This document shows, piece by piece, positions 35,531 to 48,517 of a stretch of 64,000 nucleotides of DNA. The notes below the pieces were generated by a model, which did not search any database, was not told the DNA's origin, and saw nothing but the letters and a program-made list of their open reading frames with translations. The DNA is from Chromera velia (Eukaryota), in NCBI GenBank assembly GCA_018398765.1, contig JAHBMJ010000024.1, positions 1 to 64,000 of the forward strand. Reading direction: 5' to 3'. Position 1 is the stretch's first letter, and the number at the start of each line of letters is the position of its first letter. The translations under genes and the position numbers were made by a program.

Positions 35531-38500
35531 CAACCATCATCCACAGGCCCCTCCTGATCAAAACCCAAAGCAGACGCGACGTCTGGGTGCTTCTCCCAGA
35601 GCCCCGATTGATTGCTCCAGTCTCCTTTCCACCTCCCCCCCGTGCCGGTGCCCCATGTGTTGCAGGCTCTCATGAAAGCTCCAGAGAACTTTCCCGGCTC
35701 TCTGTGCACGCTCACGATGCCGTACGCGTGAAAATCTACGAGGCCTGTGCGCTCGTTGATGAACTCGTCGGATTCATGGGATCCCAGACTCACCTGGAAG
35801 GAGAGGGCATGCAGAGAGTCCTTATGATGATGAGTGAATGGATGGAGAGGAGGGGAGGGGAGATAGCAGGAGAACAGGGGGACGAGAGACAGCGAGGAGG
35901 AGAGAACAGAAACATCTGTTGAGTGACTTTCAAAATTTCAGACCATGTCGAAAGACATGGTCAACCAAGGTCCCTCCCTCCCTGTCTTCTTTTCCATGAC
36001 TGTCTCATGTGCGCCCGCGAGGCACGTGTGACTGTCTGACTATCAATTTTCTTATCTCTCTGTGTGTTTGTCTGTCCGTCCGTCCGTCCGTCCGTCCGTG
36101 TGTCTGTCTATGCATCCACCGCTTTTTTCCTTCAGTTTCTCGATCAAAACACTCAATAAGGGGTCCGGAAAAGAAGGCCATCGGGTGCAGGAAGACAACG
36201 GAATAGCCCTCGCCCCTCCAGCATCCCCCACCCCTCACACACACACACACACACACACACAGAGGGAGGGAGGGTGGGAGGGAGGGAGAAGCATAGACTT
36301 ACCACAGCCCTCCCCTTCTCGATCAATGTGATCAGCTCTTCTACGACCGGTCTCTTCTCATTCTTGGACAAGCGCGTGAAGTCGATAATTCTGTATTTCT
36401 GCTCCTCTGTAGGACCAAGCAAATGCTGGGAGCAGCAGTGGGGTCCGGGGGTGTTGAAGGAGCCGACCATCTCTGGGTAGCTCCCCTGCGACATTTAAAA
36501 ACGCGCATCAAAATTGCACACTTATCCATCTTCAACACTTTAATTTCTTTTATCTAAAAGAAACCGACGAAGGAACATTGACACTCGACCATGCAGACTT
36601 CCTGAGTGCATATTCCCTCGCTGCCTCGATGGGGATGCAATCCGAAGATTCCCTTCTCAATATTATAAAGCCGACCTACATGTCATCACTCATGCAGACT
36701 CAATTGAGCACACCCACCCGTCACACAGCCTAACTTACCTGCATCTTTGCGAACGCCTTTTCCAAAAGAGGAAGCCACATTACGTTCCTGCCCACTCCGG
36801 AGGCATTCGTCCCAAAAAACTGCCACGAACCTCCACCTTTGTCGACTGCATATATGCACATTGAAGAAGAGTGCGCATAGGCCATATCTGTGAAGACACA
36901 ACATACCAAAGATTCAATGTGTACTTTCTGAAAGGTCGCCCAGAAGCACCCACAACGGGACTGTCAAGACAGAGCTCGTACGATGTTCGTATACGGATTT
37001 TTTTCATTTTTTTGCGGAAGATAACCACGACAGCACACAATTGTATCGATAGCCCATGCTTCCTTTTTTTGGTGTCACCATTCGCTGTCTCATCCACAAA
37101 TAATCATGCATGCGTGTGCGTGATGTATCATCCATCCAGCACATCGATCGATCCATCTCCCTCCGCACCTGCAGGCAGAAAGTCATCCATCACCACGAGT
37201 CTCCACTGAGAGAGTTGAGGGCTCCAGACTCTCACCACACACATCCCCGAGTCGTCCAGAAAAGGACCTTCCTCGTCGTCTGAAGAAGAGCGGCCGTCAG
37301 GAATCACGAAGGCGTCTCGAAGTTTGGAGGGGAGAAGGGAAGCGTAACTTATGAAGGACTGCAAAAAGATAGCCATTCATCAAAGAATTCTTGACAAAAT
37401 CTCATGTAGAAGCAAAAACGGATCGCTCTAATTCACGGAGAGTCACGAGGCGAACCCTTCGGTTGGGATTTTGGATGATCCAATGAAGGAAATGAAAAGA
37501 ATTAAAGGTAAAAGAGGAAATTTGTAGCAACGGACAGACAGAGGGGAGAAGACAAACATTTGCTTTCAAAGGACGACGCCACACAAGAGCACAAAGAGGA
37601 AGAACTGAAGGAGCAAAGAGACGTCCTTGTGGAGCATCGCCTGGATCGAGAGACGTAATTCTTTTTTTTTGTATGAAAGTAAACGCCTCGATCGAGAGAC
37701 GTAATACCGACCAGATGCAGAGTTTTTCCCTTCCTTTCCTTGGTTTCCCTTTTCTTTTCCGCCTGTCTCTCCCCCCTCCAAGGCAGCCATTCTCAATCCA
37801 TTAACGATGGATCAACAACGGCACTCACCGCAATCATGTAGCAGTTCCCGACTGCGCCCTGACTGGTGTCCTTGTAGGAGGGTCGCTGGGAGAAGAGGAC
37901 AGGGGAAACGTCTGCCTCTGCAGACAGATGCCAACAGCTCTTCATCACATCACATAGACATACAGTGCGACTGAAATGGAGGTACACAAAAATAAGAGAT
38001 TGCACGAGAAAGAAAACTTTCATCCCTGCACAGACAGAGATGAGAAGGAGAAACAAAAGAAACAGGAAGGGAGTGAAGATGCATGTACTACGGGACGGAC
38101 ATGCACATCGGAGCCTTCCTCAAACTTTCAGGAAGCGAAACAATAGCTAGGGAGGCAGTAATGCAAAGTCATCCTTCGTCATGAATGAAAAGCAATGCAG
38201 ATCTCTCTTTTTGCTCTTCGCCCGTGCGACGTCTGGATGTCTGCCTTCATTCACACAGTTGGATATGCCGTTGACGGGACTGCAGCTAACCCCCGTCGGT
38301 GGCCTTTCCGTCGAACCGCACGACCTTCCACCTGCCCCCCTCCGTCTCCCTCTCCAGAGACCCCACTGAGGTCTTGATGAGTCCCACCCCCTTCTCTACG
38401 GGGGGAACCGTGAAGGCTATCGCCTGTCTGTCCGTGCGAGGCGCTCCCTTGTCGTCGTCCTTCACGTACACCAACAGCAAGACGTCCCCGACGCTCCTGC

Positions 38501-40649
38501 CCACGAACCCCCATTCCTGCAGGCAGGAATGGGCACTCGCAATCGATAGGAAAAGATGTGGAAAGAGGAAAATGGAGAGCAGACAGCGGACCCATGCAGA
38601 TGGAAAGGCTCGACAGGTGCCGGTGGAGAGAGACTGGATCAACAGAAAAAAAAACAGACGCACAGACAGACAGACAGACCTCTCCAGGCCGTGTATGAAA
38701 GTAAAGAAAAAAAAACACAGACGCACAGACAGACAGACAGACAGACAGACCTCTCCAGGCCGAAGGAACCCAACCGGTTGGGCACTTCCTCTGTACCTCA
38801 CATCGAAGACTCGGAGGATATCCAATGTGTCATTCTTTAAAAACAGCCGAGGTTTTACTAGGTGATCGCCCTTTTTAGGCGACGGGAACGGTCTGGGTCT
38901 TTTCATTCTCATCTCCGAAGCCCTGACTGCACTGACTCCCTCGAGATCACTCTTTTCACTGATTCCATAGAGCTTCTCCTTTTGCATTTCTTTTTCAATG
39001 TTTTTCATGGGGGCAAATAGAGGGTCCACAAACTTCTTCCCGTCTTTTCTGAGAGCAGCTGCCAGGTCTTTCAAGGCTTTCCTGTTAGTCTCTGTGTCCT
39101 CCAGTGTGCAGGCTGCACGAAGGTCCACCGTGCTGAGTGGTTTCTCTTTCTCAAAGAGACGACAGAGGCTCTCTGCACACGCCGAGCACTCCTCCCTCTC
39201 CGTTTGCCACTCTCTGACCTCTCCCGACCCAATCTTTCCTCTCAACGCAGCTACGATGTCCTTCTTCCTGCCACACACGATGTTCTTCTTCTTCCCGTCC
39301 ATCCGAATGCGATATTCCCACTCGCCCTCGAATCTGACCGCAAACACGCTCCCTGCGGGGCAGATGATTTCGCAGTTGCAGTTGGGTTTCAAATCATAGC
39401 TGAAGTTCCGTCGAAGCTGTCCTTCGGGGTCTATCGGCACAGCCATCCCCTGCTTCCCGCTGCAGTTCTGCACAGAGAATCGGATGCGCCGGGGGTCATG
39501 ACAGACAGAGACGTCCCAGGGGAAAGAGCATCTGCAAGCACGCCCGGGGGAAAGAGGGAAAGGTGCCCATGCATATTGTTATTCCTGTGTGTACTGACTA
39601 CTGCTCGCATGTTTCACAAATTCATTCATGAAGTCTACATGAGGGGAATCAGATCATCAGACAAGGCCATGCATGGTACATTGGACTGCACGTTGGATGG
39701 ACTCGCGTTTTGGCATCTTGTTTGCTTTAGTCGGATGTTGAGAGAGTTCTTTGACCGCCAGATCTCAAATGCACGTGAAAAGAAGGATTGACTGCTTGAC
39801 TAGGTGCAGGTTCTCCGACCTGAGATCTTTGATGTTGGTCACCGCGTCCTTTGGGTACACGCAGGCGACCACAGAGTCCTCGAGAGCTGCAAAGGGCCCA
39901 GGGGGGGCGCCGACAGCCTCACTTTCGAAGACAGGCTCACTTTCGGATTCCTCAATGATACGGGGCGAGGTTTTTCTCTCACCCGGCGAGACAAATCGCT
40001 TTGTGAGCCCTACTGCAGAGAGCAGTAGGAAAAGGAGACGGGAGAGAGGGCGAGACATCACAAACAACTGGCACGACAAAACATGGTCATCGCACTTCAC
40101 AAAGAAGGTAATCTTCCCATGTGTTCTCAATGAACCAATGAAGGAAGGTTAAGAGCATGTGGAGACCCCCAGAATCAGCGACAGAAACTGCATGACGTTT
40201 GACTGCGGCCGGCCTGACTTCTCGTTCGCCGCGATATTAGAGGCTGCATGTGCCGTCTCCTTCCGTTCGTTGTTCTCTTTCCAATCACAAGAGGACACCC
40301 AGGTCCAAAGCACGTTCTTTAAAACTCAAACCCAGCAAAAACCCAACATCCATCCTTGAATCCTCTTGCCCCCACCTGCAATGACGGCGACGGCGACGAT
40401 CTCTGGAAGCTCCAAGTTCAACAAGCCTTGGAGAGACGTGACGGGGAGCTGTTGACTTAAGGATGGCCGAAGAAACCCCAAAGACGGTGTGTTTCTCACA
40501 GACCAGCTCACAGGTTGCTCAAGCTCCCCCTGCCCGCTTCGTCTGTGCGTCTGTACTGACCCTGATCTGCTCAGGATGGACTGAGGTGGAAGGAAGGCGA
40601 GACAAACACCCAACTGGGCGACCAGAAGAACCACCCTGGAAAGCGCCAT
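35531..40649 (-). CDS. Calpain-like cysteine protease (CysPc) with N-terminal signal + transit-like presequence and a TM segment; at least 9 exons, 3' end not found
   Basis: Phase-compatible exons 40649-40376, 40012-39820, 39459-38751, 38516-38291, 37917-37829, 37358-37169, 36845-36739, 36485-36303 and 35793-~35531. Motifs: FVDPLF, QGAVGNCYMIA (catalytic Cys), VMDDFLP, WLPLLEKAFAKMQGSY, GLVDFHAYGI (His), CNTWG (Asn), WKGDWS, DDG. Exons 1-2 are joined with lower confidence. Confidence 0.85.
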
Positions 40650-41289
40650 TTTCTCACAAGTCCACAACTCCAAACTTGCTGCTTCTAAACCTGACAGAGG
40701 CGCGTTAAGGGAGACTTTGACAACCAGCTATGAGACAATCGACACAAGAAAGCGGCAAGAGGTCTTGAAGCTAGGGCAGGGCCTCGATCGGTTCTTTTGC
40801 ATGGGAGGGCTCCTGCGTCACGCAGACCGTGCGAACTCCGTCACCAGTCTGAAATCAACTGAAAAAAATATGAAAACGTGCCCCTCAAGAGTAAACTGCG
40901 GGGCCCAATGGGGCCCATGCATGGACCACCACAACTGACGCACGCCATGCAATGCTCATCTGACGCAAGCAAGCTTGCGAACGGCCCCGGAAAGCAAGAA
41001 AAATCAGAACTGCACGATTGACGCACGCCGGCCATGCAGCCTCACGCCGACCCCCCCCCCCCCCGCGGAAAAAAAGCATGTGCGGAACCCCCCCCTCCCT
41101 CGGGAAAAAAGCCCGGGGGTAAGTGCATAACCCATCTGATGCACGCATGGCCCAAATTTAGCTTTTCGGGGCTGGGTTTTTGGTGAAAGACACTGTGCAT
41201 ACACGCGTAGGCTGGGGTATTTCTATTTTGTAAGTGCCCCCCACTTTATTTTCTAGGGTCATGCATGCACTGATCAACTGTTGCATATA

Positions 41290-41650
41290 TGGATGGAGAG
41301 GAGACGCGATTGCTTGAATGAAAGACGAATGAATAAACGGAGGGAGGAGACTCGGGCCGACGACGGTTACTTGAATGAAAGACGAATGAATGAACGGAGG
41401 GAGGAGACGTGGTTACTTGAATCAAAGACGTATGAATGAACGGAGGGAGGAGACGTGGTTGCTTAAATCAAGGACGAATGAATGAACGGCGGGAGGAAAC
41501 GCGGTTATATGAATGAAAGACGAATGAATGAACGGAGGGAGGAGACTCGGTTGCTTGAATGAAAGACGAATAAATGAATGGAGGGAGTAGAACCGGTTGT
41601 ATGGAAGAAAGACGAATAAATGAACGGAGGAAGGAAATGTGGTTACACAA
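41290..41650. repeat. 46-bp minisatellite, ~7-8 copies
   Basis: TTGAATGAAAGACGAATGAATGAACGGAGGGAGGAGACGTGGTTAC at 41371, 41417, 41463, 41509, 41555 and 41601. Confidence 0.92.
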
Positions 41651-44600
41651 ATGCGACGCAAAGGAATAGATGGAAAGAGGGAACGTGGGTGAATGAATGG
41701 AAGTAAAAAGAATGGAGGACAGGGGGGGGCTGAAGGAATGAAGAGGCCCACGAATACCTACGAACAAATGAATGGAGGAGGAACATAATTCAAGCATGTA
41801 TCGAATCGGATGGTCTGCGCCTCCAGCTTCAGTCCCTCCTGGGGAGCTCAACTCTGGATACACTTTCAATGAGTTTCTCGAATTCGGAAGACCAAAACGT
41901 CTGACCTTTTTGTATTACAAAACTGTTGCTCCCACGACTGTCTCTTCTCCAGTTTTTTTCCATTGCCAATCGTTTTTTCTTCGCAAAACTTCACAAAACC
42001 ACTTCACGATAAATTGACGGAGTTTATGAATGAAACTAAATAAACTCGATCCCTTCTTGACAAAGTGCTAATTGAAGCTCACAATCGAGTTCCAACATGT
42101 TGCATGCATACAGAACTGAATTTATGTATGCAAGGGATCGGGATCGTGACAAGCTTGCATGGGAATCAGGGCCGGGGGGGGGAGGGGAGGGGGGTAACGG
42201 GGGCTGGAGAGTATAGGCCAGACGCCGCCACGCAAGCAGTTTGTAATAACTTTGTATCATCTGCCCCTCATATACAGGGACGCGGCATACATAACAAAAA
42301 CCTCAATCAATTGTATCATCAGTCTGTTAAACGGTTGAGGACAACCATTTTGAGCGAAGGGGATGTGTTATATAGTACTTTACCTTATGTATTGCCTCGA
42401 TGGAAGCATGAGAGAAAACAGATAAAAAAATACTAAAAAGAAAATATTGTTTCCTAGAAGTTAGTTAAAAATATTTAACTTTTAAGAAAGTCAGACCAAA
42501 ATATTTAACTTTTAAGAAAGTCGAACCCAACCGACTTTAAAGTTGGTTCCATCCAACTTTCAAGAAAGTACAACAAAAAGTTTCGACTTTAGGTTTTCAG
42601 CCCAAAACATGAAAACTTGGTTGAATCAAGGATCAGGAAAAGATTACCCAGGACAATGTCTCTTCTTTTCTTGAGATCTTTGGGCCTTCGACTTGACAGA
42701 GACATAGTTCTGACTCGAGTATCCCTGACAAAACTTTGGACAACAGTTGACAAACAACTTTGATAGACCACGGGAATTCATACTAGGTGATTGACGCTAG
42801 CTAGTACCAGTCTTCTGCAGTTTCAAATAACAAATTGATTAAAACCGTTTCTGTCCCTCTCTAGTAAACCAAGTTAGGAGGAGCCTAGAACAGGGGCGTG
42901 AGTCGGACAGAGGGTGCTGTAATGTTTATCTGTGAACACGTAGTGTGTAGACATGCCATTGGGTGCGGGAGCACGCCATGCACGGCGCAGTCAGACTGGG
43001 GTGCGCCGCTTAGACTTCAGACGGCGCGGCCCTGCAACGCATGCTTGCACGCGCAAGCCAAAAAAAATGGCAGTCTCCGAAAAAAAAGACTCGTTCAAGT
43101 GTTTGCAAGTCAAGGTAGAATGCTGTACTTAGAAGAGAGACTTCGTTGCGCTTCGTTGCGTTTGGTGAAACCGAGTCGTCTGCTCATTCGGATGTTTTTC
43201 GAACCCAACGAGAATTGTTTGTTCTTCGTTTGGTTCGTCTTATCAGGTTGATTCTTTTTACTCTCCCTCTAGCTCCACCCTGGATTTCATATGTATGTAT
43301 GTATATCACTGGTGTGGTGATACCATTTAAGGTTTAGGGCAGGGCCAACATTATAAAGACCTTGCAATGTTAACATTGCTGTAGTTGAGGCTCCATATCT
43401 CTAGTCCTCCTTTACATTAAGCTTACGCGAGGTAGGCTATAAAAGTGAAGATATGTGAAGATATGAGTTTGAGGAGTATATTTCAGTCTACTAGGGACCG
43501 CTAACTTGGGATTGCTTTGATTGCTATCATCTAGCGGAGTCTCGGAAACGCTCGGAGAAATATTAGTCATCAAGACGCTTCTGCCACTCTTGACTGTTTC
43601 ACCCACTAAGGCATCCGCTTGTCTGTAGGCCTAGCTGTAGGCGGGGCGCTTACGCATAGCATAGTACCTGCATTCCCCAAACGGTCCCTTCTTCTCTCCT
43701 TACCTCCTTCCAAATAATTAAGTAGGTAAGGATAGACGACTGCCCGAGATCCCGTTCTCCTAGGACACAGGCCTAGGTTGTTAATTCATGCTTGCTCGGA
43801 GACAAGGAAGTCTTCAGATACAACTAAACAGTGGTAACTGCTTAAGTCTATGCAACAGCATATTACTGAGAAGGGGTAATGTACAACATAATACTACGGC
43901 TTTCACTATAGCTCTCTCCCTAATTTCTTCTTCAACCCTCCATCTTAGACTAGCTTTCACCAAGATGAAAAGTCCAAAGTCTCTTCTGAATTTAATATAT
44001 CTTGAATAGATTTCTCCCAATACTTCTTCCACTTTATTCCACTTTGCAACCTCTTGTTTCTTGTTTTATCACTGACAGTGAAAACCTTGATTTTTTGTCT
44101 TTTTAATTCCTAGTTCAATTCACTCCGACGTCTCGGCATACGTTCTCAAAGTTGGCCTAGACGATGTTTTACTGCCAGTGGGCTCCGGGATACTATTGGA
44201 GCCTGTAGAAGTCTGGTGTGGAAATGACATCCTGCGTGGTAGTATACATAAGTAGTACGATGTTACATGTGACGCACTCCGTGCCTAGCTCCGTGCAAAT
44301 GACATAGAAAGCGAAACTAATTCTTCTTACCCTGCATGGGCTGAAATTTGCATGGTAAACGCCCCTTTAGCCTAGCCTTCAGGTGATTCAGAATTGTTTT
44401 TCCGGGCCTACTAGCTTAGCGTGCATCAAATTACGTTTTATCTTTATGTCTTTCTCTCTCAACAGAAGGTAGCCTTTGCCAAGGCAGGAAGATGTTATAA
44501 AGGTTTTGCGCCACCTTTGATCTCCTTAATTCTTTTGTCTTAAATTTCTATATTACATTAAATTACTATTGAAGCTACAATAATATAAGCCGTAGTATGA

Positions 44601-45682
44601 GCCACTGTCACAAACGATAAGATAAGCCGCGAATTGAAAGTGTTCCCTAATGCTCCTAGAATTCAGATTAATAGGAAAAAGCGGAACTTTCTGATAAAGT
44701 AGGCTAGATCCGCCCATCATATATGAGGATACAGCATGCATATTAACAAAACCCTCAATCATGATGGTTATGTTACTGTGGCCCCCCTGCCATGGCTGAT
44801 GGTATGTTAAAGTCGTAGTACCCCTCAAAGCTCGTTAAAATAATAGTACCCCCCTAAGCTCAACCACGATCCACCAAAAGTTTGCAAGTTTGCGTCCCCA
44901 GCTGGCTAGCTTCAATCCCGTAGCCCCCGGTTGACGCGGTATAAACCGCGCGTGCATATACATGCATATAAACATAGCCGCCGGCGGAGTGGGTGTAAAC
45001 TAGTCAGCTAGCTAGTCAGATACCGTGGCCGCCGGCCGCCGGCGGAGCTGGCCAACGAAATTGAACTTTTAATAGTTTATGAACTGTTGGGAACCGCAGT
45101 ATATTCCCGAGAACCGCCGGGAACATTTCAGTACATTATATATAGTCGGAGTACTGCACCATAATTGCAGGCATCTCTTTGACAGGAATATTCATGAATT
45201 TTTGACCCCTGTATCCTGCTATATCATGCATAGTTTGTTTTTTTTGTTACTTCAGTTCGCTCCCTCAGCCTCCCTGACTCGGACCCTGAGAAGGGACAGT
45301 CTTTGGGCAAAACTGCTGTCGATAAATTAGCTTATAGCGTTTAAATTGGACAGATGCTTACTTAGCGCGATTTACTATTGATTAGCTTAACCGGTAGTAT
45401 TGTCCTGCAACAGAAAAAAAACTAACTAAACCTAACCAGTATAGGACAATCATAGTTGCAAAAAATTGAGGAAACTAAACTAAAGGTAAATCTTCCACCC
45501 AATTTTGGCGGCTTAAATCACCCGATATAAATAATTTGTTTAGTAATTCTAGTTGCATTTTGCAAATCTAATGGAAGTTCTAGTCATGACTCATGATTTT
45601 ATTAATAATTTCAGTTTTTTTCTAAATATTCTTCCGTTACTCTTCCTAAATTTTTAAGTAAAATAAAGAAAAATAATGATAT

Positions 45683-45958
45683 ATATTGCATACAGGCTAG
45701 CAGCCTAGGAATACAGATGCACAGAGGATAGAGATGTCCCGACTGAGTACAAAGTCCAAGGACTGTCAGATCAGGCGAGGGCGTGAAAAGAGGTTTCAAC
45801 CAGTGTGGATCGATCAGAGTGAATGCAGGCAGAAGGAAATATTCTGCCGTTCAGGGTTTGACCAGCCGTAGCCCCCAGCCGCACATGCGAGAGCGCACGG
45901 TATCTGGCCGGGGCATGCCGGAACCACTATGTGGGACGCAACATAGCGGCATACAACA
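45683..45958 (+). repeat. 276-bp dispersed repeat (SINE-like or LINE 3' end), copy 1
   Basis: Colinear with 47082-47357. Both end in GGGACGCAACATAGCGGCATACAACA. Confidence 0.85.
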
Positions 45959-47081
45959 TACATTACTTTTTCTTCTTTTCTTTCCTTCCTTCCTCCCTCT
46001 TCTTATGGTGAGCGTGTGTACCGTCAAGACAGACAGACAAGGCTACAAGGGCAGTTCACTTCACAACATGAAACCTAGATCGGTTAAAAGACATCCTCCT
46101 CTGCTCCTTCCCCACAAACAAGCCAACAGTAGCCACTGAGGGATGAATGAACTAACAAGTGACCACAACACAAGCCTCTGGAACGCTGCCAAAGAGAAGG
46201 ATGCATGAACGAACGGGGGGCCGACATATGCATGCACGCTTGAGCCCGTCAGCTACTTGAAAGTACTGCTGCACAGACGTAGATTCGAACAGAGGACTAG
46301 ACGGGGACCGAGAAGATGCTTTTCTTTCTTTTTCTCTTGCCTGTTCTCCTTTTGTCTTTTCTTTCTCTCATCAATTTATGCCAAAGGTCAAAAAGTACGA
46401 TCAAGCATGGCCACAGACCAAACAAAGCGATGCAAGGCATGCCATTACCCTCACCTATCCTTCCGGCCAACAAAGAAAGGAGAGGAAGTATGCGCTGTGC
46501 GCGCACTTTTCTGGAACCGCCAGAGGAGGATCGGCGTACACAAGCACCAACCAAACCAGAGGAAGGCCCGCCTGTCACAAGGAACAACCAAAGCGTACAA
46601 GGAAGGAAAGAAGACAATTCTTCGCGCCAGAGAGACGGAGCTTGTTGGAGCTGGCAAAGGTGGGGGTTGCCAGAAGAATCCAGGAAACCCATCACACAGC
46701 CCTGGGGCCACAGGAAATGTCCACTTCCCCAAATTTGTTCCAGTAGCTCTTGGCATCAACCAACCCAAGTTGGCCAAAGAGCACCACCAAAACAGAAGCA
46801 AAGAGACGACTCCAGACAGTAGTCACAGTAAAAAGGATATGGAGACGGCAAACGCAACATCAGCGCTTCACTTTTGTTTTCTGGTTCAGCTTCTATTCAG
46901 TCGTAAGACCACAACCACAGAAAAAAATGATAATGGGGATGGAAGTAGTTGGTTGCAGTGGCTAGCGAAGGCGATGGAAAGGGCAATAAAAAAAATAACT
47001 CAGACCAACAGTCTCCTTCATGGGTGAAAGAAGTACTGAAAAGTCCGAAATCATTTCCCCGGATTGACGAGGTCTGCTGCC

Positions 47082-47357
47082 ATATTGCACACAGGCTAGC
47101 AGCCTAGGAATACAGATGCATAGAGGATAGAGATATCCCGGCCGAGTACAAAGTTCAAGGACTGTCAGATCAGGCTAGGGCGGGAAAAGAGGTTTCAACT
47201 AGTGTGGATTGATCAGAGTGAATGCAGATAGAAAGAAATATTCTGCTGTAAAAGGTTTAACCAGCCGTGACCCCTGGCCGCACATGCGAGAGCGTGCAGT
47301 ATCTGGCCGGGGCATGCCGGAACTACTGTGTGGGACGCAACATAGCGGCATACAACA
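47082..47357 (+). repeat. 276-bp dispersed repeat, copy 2
   Basis: Colinear with 45683-45958; the differences are mostly transitions. Confidence 0.85.
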
Positions 47358-48517
47358 ATATAACTTTTTTTTGTATTAGATTTTTTTTTTTAAGGCAAGA
47401 CCACTTGACTCTGACACTAGTCTAGGCAGACGAAGATGATGTGTGATGATGATAATGACCAAATATTCTTGCTTGGTACAAAACTTTAGACAAAACCTCT
47501 AGCAAAACCTAGAGTAAAACTAAGGGGAAAATTATATAGTGACGATGGAATGAAACACAAAATAAAATTGTTTAGACCATCTATACTTCACTTTTTCGTG
47601 ACTGAAACAATTTGACGTTGAATTCGTGCATGAACTGGCGCACTGGTGCATGCAGCATTCCGATTGATTTTCAAGTTTGAAGTTTAAATGCAGACGGCAT
47701 TCCAACCATGGACCTAGCACACAGATCAGACGAGACAAGACCGTTTGCGTCTCTCTCTCTCTCGCTTTCCCTATCCAACAGATGCAGTCTCTTTCCTAGT
47801 CCCTCACCCCCCAGCAGGAAAACAAGAACCTCCTTTTATGATGCGATCAGGCGGGGAGGACCGAGGAACAAGGAGTGCAGAAAGAAATGGAGCTTGAAAT
47901 TGAGCAAGTCGACAACACAGAAAAAGCAACCAAAAACGAAAGAAACTTCGAGGCTTCAAGGCTCCTGTACGTATATTTCGGCATATGGAGGTCTGTAGAG
48001 TCAGTGTTGTTGGTGGATGGGGAGGATGGATTGTTTGACGAGATCAATCACTCGATCGATCGATCAATTCAGTGGCCTCTCCTGAATTTATTTTCTCCTG
48101 GTGGCGTCGCTTCAAAATTCCCTTGCGGGCTGTGAACCCGACATTGACAGCTGCTGGCGTTTCTCTCTTCTGTGCACGCATGAATGAATGTCAACGTCCC
48201 GACGAATGAAGCTATTCATATACAAACAAACACACGCTCGCGCTCGCTTAAAATCCATGTTCCACCACACAAAACAAAGCCAAGCAGGCAAGAGGTAAGA
48301 AAGAAGTGCAGAGTCAATCAACAACGCGAGGTCACATGCATTCATACAATGCCCACCTACTGAAACAGACAGAGGCAAACAAACACACAGACAGAGGCAT
48401 TTCATTGACATGAAACACTCACTCACTCACTCACTCACTCGTCAACTTATTTACAATCATGAACATTGATTCATGAATTCGCTCATTCTTTCTTCATTCT
48501 CTGTTTTCGTGGATTCC

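Noticed and set aside
40376..40440. TatA/Tha4-like N-terminus (GLLNLELPEIVAVAV)
   Set aside because: No following FGP/amphipathic helix exon; it splices in phase to the calpain exons instead.
43250..44050. Possible decayed gene or TE fragment
   Set aside because: Many stops and no identifiable motif.
46257..47027. 256-aa plus-strand ORF
   Set aside because: TTG start, low-information composition, no domain, and it lies between two repeat copies.
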